Below, one piece after another: positions 1 through 12,035 of a DNA stretch of 64,000 nucleotides. The stretch covers positions 6,572,001-6,636,000 of the forward strand of contig NC_086121.1 of NCBI RefSeq assembly GCF_963921235.1, given 5' to 3'. The stretch's first letter is position 1, and each line of letters starts with the position of its first letter. Position numbers and translations under genes: made by a program. Under the pieces are notes generated by a model. The model was not told the origin of the DNA and ran no database searches. It saw nothing but the letters and a program-made list of their open reading frames with translations. The stretch comes from Mobula hypostoma. Its lineage: Eukaryota.

Positions 1-649
1 AGGAGTTCTTTATTGCTGACCCAGGAACCCAGATCTTAAGGAAAGAAATAATGAACATGCGGACACTTTTAATTGAGTGTTAAGTATTTCTTCCTGTTAA
101 ATATTACAAGGTTGCTTCAGCAATACAGAAAAGGCATAGCATTTTTCAAATGTCCTACAATGCCAGTATACAAACTTTTAATTAATTCTGGTTAACCCTA
201 GATTCTTCTTGCCCCAGATTTACAAATAAGTAACTGGAAATTGTTTGATCCAATGTCAAACCCGAGATTTTTGTGTGTATGCTTCTTTGCACTTCCAACA
301 TCTGCAGACTTTCTTGTGTTTCTGAGTTTCAAGCATAGGCTTGGCTTAGTTAGTAGCTTCACATCTGTATGTATCCAATTCTAGGACATGGATCTAAAAA
401 ACAAGGCTAACATTTGAATGCTGTGCTGTAAGAACTCAGCATTGCTGCCCTAAGAAACCAGATCTTATAGAAAAAATAATCAGCTTGCAGTAAGAGTACA
501 TTCTCAGGATGCTAGAAGTACTTTCAGCTAAAGAATCACAGCCAGAAAGCAATTATTGTTATCGGTACACATATCAATAGGAAATTCTCCAACAAAGCAA
601 ATCAATTAAAACTTCAATTGAGGTGGCAGGAAATCAAAGATAAGACCAC

Positions 650-1165
650 AGACATAGTAGCAATATAAGCCATTCGGCCTATCAAGTCTGCTCTGACATT
701 CATTCGTGGCTGATTTATTTTCCCTCTCAACCTTCTCCCCATAACCATTAGACACCCTTACTAATCAAGCACTTATGAACCTCCGCTTTAAATATACCCA
801 ATGACTGGGCCTCCACAGCTATCTGTGGCAACAAATTACACAGATTCATCACCCTCTGGTTAAAGAGATTCCTCCTCATCTCTGTTCAAAAGGGCCATCC
901 TTCTATTCTGAGGCTGTTATCTTCCACCATCGGAAACATAGTCTCCATATCCACTCTATCTAGGCCTTTCAATATTCAGGAGGTTTCAATGAGAACCCCT
1001 TCATTCTTCTAAACTCCAGCAAGCATCTAACCTTTAATTCCTGGGATCAATCTCATAAACCTCCTCTGAACCCTCACCACTGCCAGCACATCCTTTCTTA
1101 GTTAGATAAGGGGCCCCAAAACTACTCGCAATACTTCAAAATGTGTTCTTACCAATGCCTTAAAA
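650..1165 (-). mobile_element. CR1-type LINE 3' fragment
   Basis: Antisense match to the ORF2 C-terminus and 3' UTR of the CR1 at 61740-63225. Confidence 0.7.
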
Positions 1166-1260
1166 GACCCAGCTGATATTATTCAAAGACCAGCTATAAC
1201 TCTCCTGATGACCCATCTCTCAACCAGTATCGCCAGAAGCAGATTTCCCAGTCATTTATC

Positions 1261-1788
1261 TACATCAGTGGCCACTTTATTAAGTACGGTAAAGTGGCCT
1301 CAGTGAACATTTGTGGTCTTCTGCTGCAGTAGCCCATCCACTTCAATGTTGTGCATTCAGAGATGGTCTTCTGCACAACACTATTGTAACTATCACCTTC
1401 CTGTCAGCTTAAACCAGTCTGGCCATTCTCCTCTCACTTCACTCAATAACAAGTCGTTTTTGCCCAGAGAACTGCTGCTTACTGGATCTTTTTTGTTTTA
1501 TGTACCATTCTCTGTAAACTCTGGAGACTGTTGTGCATTAAAGTCTTAGGAGATCAGCAGTTTCTGAAGTATCAAACTAACCTGTCTGGCACCATCAATC
1601 ACTCCATGGTCAAAGTCACTTTCATCACATTTTTCCCCATTCTGATGTTTTTTATCTGAACAACAAATGGACCTCTTGACCGTGTCTGCATGATTTTGTG
1701 CATCGAGTTATTGCCACATGATCAGCTGGTTAGATATTTGCATTAACGAGGTATACAGATATACCTAATAAATTGGCCATTGAGTGCA
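1261..1788. mobile_element. Non-autonomous Tc1/mariner-type element
   Basis: Ends cagtggccactttattaag ... ctaataaattggccattgagtg are inverted repeats. Same family as 26142-26761. Confidence 0.7.
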
Positions 1789-1865
1789 TATGTTAATGGC
1801 AAGATCTTGCTGCAGGCAAATGGCCTGATGCGCTTACTTGAATAAAATCTTCACTCAGCCTCACA

Positions 1866-4022
1866 ATTCCAGGGTGCTCAGAGCATACAGGAGTGATCAC
1901 TCAGATGATCGGAGAAACACAGGAAGGCAAGGGCAATCTCTCCGTGCTTTGGCTGGACCTCACAAATGCATATAGCTGCATACAGCATTAGCTGGTTGAA
2001 GTCACCTTCGAGCATCACTGTGTCCCACTCAGGACCAGGAACTCATTCTGGACTACTACAGTAATTTCAGTCTAAGAGTCGCCTCTCGGACAGTCACATC
2101 TGATTGGCGCCATCTTGAGAAGGGGATCATAACAGGGTGTACATTGCCTGTGATCATCTTCTCTTTGGCGATGAACATGTTGGCCAAGTCAGCAGAGGTG
2201 AAGTGCAGAGGCCTGGTGTCCGTCAACCACTTATAAGAGCATTCATGGATGACCTGACTGCAACAACAACGTCAGTACCAGGATGCAGAGGAATTCTCCA
2301 AGGTCCTGAGAAGCTCACCTCTTGGGTAAGGATGAGCTTCAATCCAAAGAAATCCAGATCCTTGGTACTTAAGGGAGGAAAGGTGGTTGACAAATTTCAC
2401 TTTAACCTGGGAGGCGCCAAAATTCCAAGCCTATCAGAGAAGCCAGTGAAGAGCCTTGGCAAGGTGTTTTAACAGCTCACACAGCATCCATCAAAGCAGC
2501 CAGGGAAAAGCTGAAGTAATGGTCGACTTCTGAGGACAAGTCAGTACTGTCGGGTAAATTCAAGGCTTGGATGTACCAACATGGCATTCTCCCTCGGATC
2601 CTGTGGCCTCTGTTAGTCTATGATGTCCCACTGTCAACAGCTGAGACCTTTGAGAGAAAGATCAGCCAGTACCTATGGAGGTGGCTGGGTCTGCCTAGAA
2701 GCTTATGCAGCATCACCTTATACAGGAAGAAAAACAGACTGAAACTCCCCGTCAGCAGTATGATCGAGGAGTTCATGGTCACCGTGCAAGAGAAGTGCTG
2801 CAATTTAGAGAGTCCAATGACCTGAAGGTCTCACACACTGGCACAGGTGAGGACGGGCAGGAGGTGGAGGGCACAGGCTGCAGTGGAACAAGCTGAAGCA
2901 CAGCTACACCATAGTGCGCTGGTGGGCTCAGTGGTATCGGGTCGGGGTGGGCTTGGGTTGCTTCCCAACAGTCTGCTACAATCAGGTGCAAGAACGAGTG
3001 AGGCGCCAGCTGGTCCAGCAGGAGGTGCAAGCTGCTGTGAGGAGCTACATGCTAGCAAGATTACTGGCATGCAGCAAAAAGGCATTTGGATAAGATAGGA
3101 CCAGGGAATGGAGCACAACACTTTGGGAGTGGATTCCACTGCATCAAGTTCCTGATCCAGACGGTTTATGATGTTTTACCAAGGTCAGCGAAACTCTACT
3201 GCTGGGGCAAGGCCAAAACATCAGCATGCTCCCTGTGCCGAGGGAAGGGGACACTACAGCACATCCTCAGCTGCTGCCCAAAAGCCCTGGGGGAGGGGTG
3301 TTATCATTGGCACCATGACCAGGTGCCGAAGACAGTGGCTGACACCTTGTGCACAGCCATTGCCCAGGCCAAACAGCATCGTCCAGCAAAGTAAGCGACT
3401 GCTTTAATCAAGGCAGGGGAGAAGGCTCAAAGCCAATCCAAGGAGTATGCCGGCCTCTTAGGAACAGTAAAGGACTGGCAATTGAGAGTCGACCTGGGGA
3501 AACAGCTCAGATTGCCCAGGCACATCTCCTCGACCATGCTTAGGCCAGACACAGTGCTGCTGTTAGAGTCATCTAGACAGGCGGTCATGTTGGAGTTGAC
3601 TGCACCCTGGGAAGACCAGACAGAGGAAGATATGACAGGAAAAAGACAAAAGTACCAAGACTTTGGTAGGGGAGTGCTGCAGCAAGGGATGGTGGGCACA
3701 CTGCATGCCCATTGAGGAGGGCTGCAGTGGGTTGCTGGTCAATCTCTCTGCAGAGCCTACAGCCGGATGGGCATCCCAGAAGTCCGAACAGGAAAGCCAT
3801 CAGGAACACCATAGCGGCACCACAGCGAGCCTGGAGATGGCTGTGGATCAGGAAGAGTGATCCGTGGCAGAATGCTATAAAGACATGTTGGGGCCTGATC
3901 AACCCTGGCTGGGTGACCTGGGTGAGGGCGTCTGATGCTGAAAGACCCAAAACGCCCTCTGACCCCAGGTTACATCATTGATGATATGCCTGAGTGCATC
4001 GCAAGATGTATCATTCTATTCT
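1866..4022 (+). mobile_element. 5'-truncated, frameshifted RLE-type non-LTR retrotransposon (HERO/NeSL-like, R2 group)
   Basis: RT motifs PGCSEHTG, WLDLTNAY and RAFMDDLT; WMYQHGILPRILWPL; Zn knuckle CSLC..TLQHILSCC..HDQV; restriction-like endonuclease RPD..LELTAPWE..KRQKY; ends in a ttcta repeat. Confidence 0.88.
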
Positions 4023-4440
4023 ATAAAGGCACTCACTGTGACTTGAAAACACTTGATAGCATGATTTTGTTCTATGTATTTTATCTAACGATGTCCATTA
4101 TGTAAGCTTTGCCTAGCCACATTTGTGGTGTAGCCTATGGTATAGATTTCAGATGCATTTGTGAATCTAATTAGTTATGTTTTTATGTTCAATTGAATTT
4201 AATAAAGAACTTACATATGCCAACTTAAAAACAATTCATCCTGCTCTCATTTTCCATGCCTGTAAGCTATTAATCTTCATAGCTTTCAGATATCTGGTCC
4301 TTCAGCGGACACATTAAAGGCAAGGAAGAATTAAAATGCAAGAATAAAAGTGCAAAACAGAGTGAGAATATGAATTAGAGCAGTTTGAATTCAGGAATTA
4401 TTTTTAAACAAAACATTAAATATCAAAAAATGCCAAACGT

Positions 4441-4650
4441 ACACTCAGTAGCTACATTGTTAGGTACCTCATGTGCCTTATAAGGTGGCCACTGAGTGCA
4501 TGTTCTTGGTTTCCACTTCAAGGTTTAACACACTGTGCATTCAGAGATGCTCTTCCGCACACCACTGTTGTAATGTGTGGTTATTTGAGTTACTGTCACC
4601 TTCCTGTCCACTTGAACCAGTCCAGCCATTCTCCTCTGACCTCTCTCGTT
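4441..4650. mobile_element. Tc1-type non-autonomous fragment
   Basis: Mini inverted pair cactcagtagc...ggccactgagtg plus internal sequence shared with 1261-1788. Confidence 0.55.
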
Positions 4651-4984
4651 AATAAACAAGAGAAAATCTGCAGATGCTGGAAATCCAAGCAACATAGACA
4701 AAAGCTGACGGAACTCAGCAGGCCAGGCAGCATCTACAGAAAAGAGTAAACAGTTGACATTTTGGGTCAAGACACTCGAAATGTCGACTGTTCATGAGGT
4801 TTGTACAAGATCTGCTGTCCTGATATTCAAGTACATTTTTCACCAATCAACCAAATGCTGCACTCACACATTGGGGTCAAGGATGATTTTCATCATCGAT
4901 GTATACCCTTGTCAAAAAGTGTCTCCCAAGTTATGGGTCGAGGTCCACTTTTCCAGAGTATTACCACAAAACTTTATTGCGATA

Positions 4985-5800
4985 GGCAATAAATCTGTGA
5001 AGAGTGTTCAGAGCACCAGATTTCTGAGAATGCACATAAGTTCTTACCAGGTTCCTTAATATGTCCTTGAGCCAAGAAAGCACAGCAGTATCTCCATTTC
5101 CTGAGGAGTTTGAGGCAAGCAAGGCTTCCTCTCTCCCCGCATTCTAACCAATTTTTACCAAAGCACCACTGAGACTGTCCTGGTACAGGTATTGCAAGGC
5201 ATCTGACCACAAGACCTACAAAGGATTGCGAAGACTGTTGAGAGGATTATTGAGGTCTCTCTTCCATCCATCCAGGGTATTTAGCAGGAGTGTAGCATGC
5301 GCAGGGCCCTTCGCTTTGTCAACGATCCCTCCTATCCATCCAACGTCATCTCTTTGACCACCTACCATTAGCAGGAAGCCCCATAACATTAGGACAAGAC
5401 TGTTAGGAGGGGATCTAATCACAAACAAGAAAAAATCTGCAGATACTGGAAATCCAAGCAACAAAATGCTGGAGGAGCTTAGCAGGCCAGGCAGCAGAGT
5501 ACAGTCAACATTTCGGGCCGAGCCCCTTCAGCTGGACAGCTTCTCTTCCAAAGGCTGTCAGCTGACTGAACTACCTGCCACACACAGGTCACATCACATA
5601 TGAAACAACAGTCGCGTTACACTGTTTATTTTTTGACCTGTGTTATAAATGCACCTCATTTTTGTTAATTTATTGGAGTAATATTACCCTATGTGTTGTT
5701 TGAGGTATGGATTGTGTTGTGCACCTTGGTCTGGAGGAATGCTGGTTCGTTTGGTGTTATACATGCATGCGGTTGAATGACAATAACTTGAACTACTTGA
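4985..5800 (+). mobile_element. Rex/Babar-like LINE 3' fragment interrupted by a Penelope pLTR piece (~5420-5535)
   Basis: Degenerate KKAQQYLHFLRSL coding remnant and an acttga-repeat tail, similar to 19090-19590 and 59575-60470. Confidence 0.6.
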
Positions 5801-8744
5801 AGGAAGCTTTCTTTAAGATGATCATGATTATGGTATCTCTGGGGTGCCCTGGTATGTTTGTTAATATTGCCTCATCATCAGTACTTTCATTGTCCTTTTA
5901 AAAAAAACATTGGCACAACCCAGTGTCATCACCAAAACAAAATAAACACACGACAGCATTTTTAAAAAACTTTTTATTATCTATGCCCCTCTTTCTGCAC
6001 TTCTAAACAGGAGACCTCCCCCCACCCCACCCCCCTACAAACAGCAACAAAATACATGGACAGGATGTATCTTGGTGCTGCTGATCAAGAATAAATAATT
6101 AAAGCTAATCCACGCCTTGTTCTCTGAAATGACTGGGATCTCCTAATTATACTAATGGGGCTGACAGATGTCACTGTAATAATTCATTTGTGACATGACA
6201 GCACTGATCTATGAGTTCAAATCTGTGGTTGAAGTTTCAATCAAGAACTGCAGATGTGTTACTATTTTTAACACACCTAACCAGTAAGCACTGCGAAAGA
6301 TTTGATAAAGAACTTTCAAATTGTTTTAAAATGTGGACTTAATATTTTGCCAGTGCCAGGAATCTCTTAGGTTAAAGCAATCTAAGGATCAGAAATGACC
6401 AGTACACAAACAGTAGCCTTACGTAAAATGTTCTACTTTAGAAATACTTGAATAAAGGAATACCAACAAAGTAGTTTCAAATCACAACACTCCTCATTGG
6501 GGAGGAGGTACATGATCCTAAAGTAACACACTCAACTTCTTATGATCAGCTTCTTCCACTCTACCATCAGATTTTTGAATGGACAATGAACCAACGCATG
6601 AACACTACCTTATTATTTTTTGACTCTCTGTTTGCAATACTTATTTCATTTATTTGTTAATATATGTCTCATTATAATTTATATAATTTATGTATTGCAA
6701 TGTACTTTTGCTGCAAAACAACAAATTTCACGATGTCTGCCAGTGTTTAACCTGATTGTGATACTGCTTAAATACTGAAAGAACAACGGCTCCCTCCTGA
6801 GCTATGCGCAGCCCAACATTATGTCCAGAAGCCAAAATATGTTTTATATATCAAAGCGCCACAGCCTTTGTTCCAGACAAGTTCGTCAGTGAATGTGGTG
6901 AAATCACACACAGCTTTATATATAATCACTGAACCGAACATTTTGTTTCACATTTTAAAGAAGGCTAATCTCCAATGAGGGTGGCAGTAAATCTGTTAAA
7001 TCTGCCATTTCAGGAATAAGCAAAATCATTTCTAACAGATGATATCCTGCCTTGCTTTTCACTTTTGCACACCAGGGGCCAATTAAACAGTGGTATGCAA
7101 AGCTTTCTAAAAACTTTGGAAAAATCCTGGCACCACAGTAGACTTATTTTTCATTTCTGCTGATCAGGAAAAGCTGACTGACCTGTCAGCTGCATTCAAT
7201 CTGTAAAAACAGCTTCCAATAAATAACAACGCATGCATGGAGTACTGATCTTCCTATTCCACAGAATACTTCAGCACTGACAACAGAAAACCTGCAAAAA
7301 GTTTTAAATTCAGCTAGCTCCATCATGGGCACCAGCTTCCCCAACATTGAGGACATCCTCAAAAAGTGATGACTCAAAAAGGTATATTTTTCAGGAAGGA
7401 CCCCCATCACTCAGGACATGCCTTCTTCTCAGTGCTACCGTCAAGCAGAAGGTACAGGAGCCTGAAGATACACACTCAGCATTATCCCATTTCTGAATGG
7501 CCAACGTTTGCTCTTTTTTTGCACTAGTTACTTAAATTTAATTTATATCTATCGATCTACACAAACCCATATTTTTTTATATTTTATATATACACACACA
7601 CACACATATATAAATACACACACATTTATTTATTTATTATTGTAATTTATAATTTTTATGTATAAGAATGCATTGCTGCTGCAAAAACAACAAAATTCAT
7701 GACATTATGCCGGCGATATTAAACCTGATTCTGATTCCAAATCTGAATGAACTGCATTTGGTGACATGCATAAATCATACAAGTTTATGATATGCAAGGT
7801 GTTCTGGGGATGGGAAAGGTTGGAGATGGGGAGTGAAAACAGGACCTATTTTCTATGGGGCACTAGCAATGAACTTGTTGATATTCAAAAAATTATGTGG
7901 TCTTATCAGTGTTAAGTTTGTCTTGTTTTTTTGTGATATCACTCTGGAGGAACATTGTATCATTTCTTAATGCATGCATGCATTTCTAAATGACAATAAA
8001 CGAGAACTGAGTGTCCTCATAATCTAATCTAAATTTAAACCCAGTATCCAAAAGCCAAAAGGGAATGAACCGATTTTGTATTTGTGTATTTTAAGGACAT
8101 CAGCATTTGTTGGTCATCTTCTCAACTACAAAATTGCAATTTCAATTGCTCCTCTTTCCTTAGATTGTTCATTATTGACTACAAAAGGATTAAAATGGGA
8201 CTTTTTCTAGTTATTTTAACAAGGTCTAGCAAACTGAAGCAATTAGCATGTGCTTTGGTTTCTGTTAAAGGGGAGTTTAATGTGCTGACTGAATACAGAC
8301 TCATTGGTGTTATCCTGTTGAATAGTGTCTTTGTTAACTGACTAGACAACATGTTAATTGCCTGTCAACAGAACACTCTCAGCAAATTGAATGGAACTTT
8401 GATGAATTGGCTGAATGAAATGGACAGAGGAAATGCTGCAGATTTTCATTAAATAGTCCATAAAATGCTATAAAGGGCTGAAGATTTGAAAAATTCTACT
8501 CTTTATAGCGCCAGCCTGTAATCCCCGCCACTGCCTAGAAGGAGTTTATATGTTCTTGAGACGACCATGTGGATTTCCTCTGGATGCTCCAGTTTTCTCC
8601 CACATTCCAAAGATGGTCAATTTAGGTTTGTGGGCATGCTATGTTGGCACAAAAGCGTGGCAATACTTGCATATCGTCTGCATATCCTCGACATAAATGG
8701 CACATTTCACTGTATGTTTCAATGTACATGTGACAAACAAAGCA

Positions 8745-9170
8745 ATATAAAGCATGCAGACATGCTCAAGAGGTCCAGTTGCTGGTCAGACCAAGCATTA
8801 TAGTAGAGAAGAAATGTGATCAACATAACTTTGACCATAGGACGTTTGTTGATGCCAGATGGGCAAGTTTGAGTATCGCAGAATCTGCTCATCCTCTGGG
8901 ATGTTCACGCACAACTGTCTCTAGGGTTCACAGGGAATGGTGCGATAAACAAAAAACATGCAGTGAATGGAAGTGCTGTGGCCGAAAAAGCCTTGTTAAT
9001 GAGTGAGGTCAGAGAATGGCCAGGCTAATTTGAGTAGACAGGAAGGTAACTCAGATAACTACACATTACAACAGTGGTCTGCAGAGGAGCATCACTGAAT
9101 ACACAACACATCAAACCTTGAAGTGGATGGCCGTCATGAGCAGAAGACCACAAACACTCTTTATTAGGTA
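8745..9170. mobile_element. Tc1-type non-autonomous fragment
   Basis: Collinear with the interior of 26142-26761; ends ctttattaggta. Confidence 0.6.
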
Positions 9171-9283
9171 TAGAATGCTATATAAAAAAGGAAAAGCCAT
9201 GAATATGAAATTTAAAAAATGTGAATTTTGATTAGGAGAAACAAGGAGATAAACAAGGCAGGTTTCCAACGCACATTTCATAT

Positions 9284-9478
9284 CAAAGTTGCTGGTGAAC
9301 GCAGCAGGCCAGGCAGCATCTCTAGGAAGAGGTACAGTCAACGTTTCAGGCCGAGAGGGTCGCGGCCTGAAACTTCGACTGTACCTCTTCCTAGAGATGC
9401 TGCCTGGCCTGCTGCGTTCACCAGCAACTTTGATGTGTGTTGCTTGAATTTCCAGCATCTGCAGAATTCCTGTTGTGT
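9284..9478 (+). mobile_element. Penelope pLTR-derived fold-back insertion, copy 1
   Basis: 72-bp inverted arms at 9282-9353 and 9363-9434; 13-bp TSD GCACATTTCATAT at 9271-9283 and 9479-9491. Confidence 0.88.
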
Positions 9479-9526
9479 GCACATTTCATATGCCTTTCAG
9501 GAGATAATTTACAGCTAAGTACTTCT

Positions 9527-9767
9527 AGGGCCAGCACAGTAGCACAGGGTTTAGTGCAACACTTTATGGCACAAGAATTCAATTCCCACCGCTGTCTGTA
9601 AGAAGTTTGTATGTTCTTTCCATGACTGCATGAGTTTCCTCCAGGTTCTCTGGTTTCCTCCCACATTCCAAAGACATACCAGTTAAAATTAGTGAGTTGT
9701 GAGCATGTTGTGTTGGCAGCAGAAGCGTAGTGACACCTGTGAACTGTCCAACACAATCCTTGCTGAT
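9527..9767 (+). mobile_element. tRNA-derived V-domain SINE, continuing after nested insertions at ~11142-11200
   Basis: V-domain-like agtttgtatgttct...tttcctcccacattccaaagac. Related copies at ~8505, 14360, 28015, 32150, 41520, 47915 and 56930. Confidence 0.65.
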
Positions 9768-9881
9768 GCAAACACAAGGAAATCTGCAGATGCTGACATT
9801 TCAAGCAACACGCATTGAACATTGACTTCTCTAACTTCCGTTAATGCCCCACATATATATATACACACACACACACACATA

Positions 9882-10794
9882 CAGTTGGCCCTCCTTATCC
9901 GCGAGGGATTGGTTCCAGGACCTCTCGCGGATACCAAAAAATGTGGATGCTCAAGTCCCTTATTCAACCTAAATGCGGTAGACCTTAGGACCCAGCGGAA
10001 CCCCGGACCTTAGTTAACTTGTCTCAATGCGGTGGGCATTAGGACCCGGCGGCGGAACTCTGAATCCGTAGTGTTTCTGTTCACGAAAATAATCACGATC
10101 GTGCTTTAAAATAAAGTGAAAATAATACAGCAATCGGAAAGAGGTGAAACACCATCGGTCATTGGAAAAGCGTTGGGTTACAGTCAGTCAACGATCGGAA
10201 CAATTTTAAAGGATAAAGTGAGAAAATCTCTGCCCCAATGAAAGCTACAATTATTACTAAGCAACGCAGTGGTTTAATTATTAGGTTTCGGGGTTTTGGG
10301 TTTTTGATCCTCACATCAACCCGGCAGGGATGGGCAGTGTGCTCGGGAGCGATCTGTCACTGGATCGAACTCGGGAATTTCCGTTCCCGAGCCCGGCACT
10401 GAAACATACGTTTCTTAAATGTTTTATATGCATAGAAAGGTAAAATATATACTATATACTAAGACAAACGTTTGACTAACTCACTCTAAATAATACCGGA
10501 TGTACCTGTTCCGACTTGCTCAGTAAGAGAACCTCTGGTTTTTTTTCAATCCCGNNNNNNNNNNNNNNNNNNNNNNNNNNNNNNNNNNNNNNNNNNNNNN
10601 NNNNNNNNNNNNNNNNNNNNNNNNNNNNNNNNNNNNNNNNNNNNNNNNNNNNNNNNNNNNNNNNNNNNNNNNNNNNNNNNNNNNNNNNNNNNNNNNNAAT
10701 GTTCGAACAAGTGTTGGAAGAGCAGTTCTGATTTCTCGATTTGCGGTTGGTTGAATTTGCGCATGCAGAACTCGCAGATAAGGAGGGCCAACTG
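9882..10794 (+). mobile_element. Tigger/pogo-type DNA transposon (deleted copy, spans the gap)
   Basis: 24-bp TIRs cagttggccctccttatc(c/t)gcgag (23/24 identical), TA on both sides, HTH remnant KVKIIQQSERGETPSVIGKALGYSQSTIGTILKDK at ~10115-10220. Confidence 0.88.
10555..10697. other. Assembly gap (143 N)
   Basis: Run of N. Confidence 1.
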
Positions 10795-11057
10795 TATGTG
10801 TATATATATTCTTTTTCTCTTTCTCCTTTTTCTCCCTCTGTCCCTCCCACTATACCCCTTGCCCATCCTCTGGGTTTTTCCCCCTCTCCCCTGTTCTTTC
10901 TCCCTAGGCCTCCTGTCCCATGATCCTCTCATATCCCTTTTGCCAATCAACTGTCCAGCTCTTGGCTCCATCCCTCCCCTGCCTGTCTTCTCCTATCGTT
11001 TTGGATCTCCCCCTCCCCCTCCCACTTTCAAATCTCTTACTAGCTCTTCCTTCAGTT

Positions 11058-11093
11058 AGTCCTGACGAATGGTCTCAGCCCGAAACGTCAACT
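11058..11093 (+). ncRNA. Minimal hammerhead ribozyme motif in pLTR (stems partly mutated)
   Basis: AGTC-CTGACGA-ATGGTCTCAGCCC-GAAAC-GTC-AACT. Confidence 0.55.
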
Positions 11094-11464
11094 GTACCTC
11101 TTCCTAGAGATGCTGCCTGGCCTGCTACAATCCTTGCTGATTTCATTTGATACAAACGGCGTATTTCATTGCACCTTTAAATGTGCATACAACAAAGTGT
11201 CATCACTGCTGCATTACAGGATCCAGTACAAATCTCGTTCAATAAAGAGATTACTATATATGATAGACTGAACAACTAAAAACGATTTGCACACATGAAA
11301 CCTTGGAGAAATAGTGTACTTTCTTCATTTCACACTACCACATCTGGATCAGATGAGGTGTGAAAGATGTTGTCAGAAAGTAAACCTTGTTACAAGATGA
11401 AACTAATAAAGAATTACTATAAGGAAATCTATATAGGTATATATAGATTTATACAGGTATATAT

Positions 11465-12035
11465 AAAGGCAGGTATATATAGGACCCTGGTCAGACCCCA
11501 CTTGGAGTACTGTGTTCAGTTCTGGTTGCCTCACTCTTGGAAGGATATGGAAACCTTAGAAAGGGTGCAGAGGATACTTACAAGAATATTGCCTGGATTG
11601 GGGATCATGCCTTATGAGGATAGGTTGAGTGAACTCGGCCTTTTTTCCTTGGAGTGATGGAGGATGAGAGGTGACCTGATAGAGGTGTATAAGATGATGA
11701 GAGGCATTGATCGCGTGGATAGTCAGAGGTTTTTTCGCAGGGCTGGAATGGCTAGCATGAGAGGACACAGTTTTAAGGTGTTTGGCAGTAGGTACAGAGG
11801 AGATGTTAGGGGTAAGTTTTTTTACACAGAGAGTGGTGAGTGCCTGCCAGCGACGGTGGTGGAGGTGGATACGATAGGGTCTTTTCAGAGACTCCTGGAC
11901 AGTTACATGGAGCTCCGAAAAATAGAGGGCTAAGGGTAACCCTAGGTAATTTCTAAGCTAAGGACATATTCTGCACAGCTTTGTGGGCCGAAGGGCCTGT
12001 AATGTGCTGTAGGTTTTCTATGTTTCTATGTTTTC
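11465..12035 (+). mobile_element. CR1 LINE 3' fragment
   Basis: [27 protein letters not shown], tail ttctatgtttctatg. Confidence 0.9.

Larger units (their letters stand above)
9768..11126. mobile_element. Penelope-like element remnant with inverted terminus
   Basis: 15-bp TSD ACAATCCTTGCTGAT at 9753-9767 and 11127-11141. Contains an inverted 3' end, the ORF end NIDFSNFR* and a pLTR matching 58714-59135. Confidence 0.85.

Noticed and set aside
3926-3956. CTGATG...AAAAC in the RLE element 3' UTR as a possible hammerhead
   Set aside because: It lacks the full CTGANGA and GAAA boxes and the correct stem topology; it is only a simple stem-loop.
9111-9518. Recurrent ORFs with IKVAGERSRPGSISRKRYS or ETSTVPLPRDAAWPAAF
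   Set aside because: Chance translations of the non-coding pLTR, repeated on both strands because of the hairpins.
10476-10971. ORFs spanning the N run
   Set aside because: Artefacts of translating the assembly gap.
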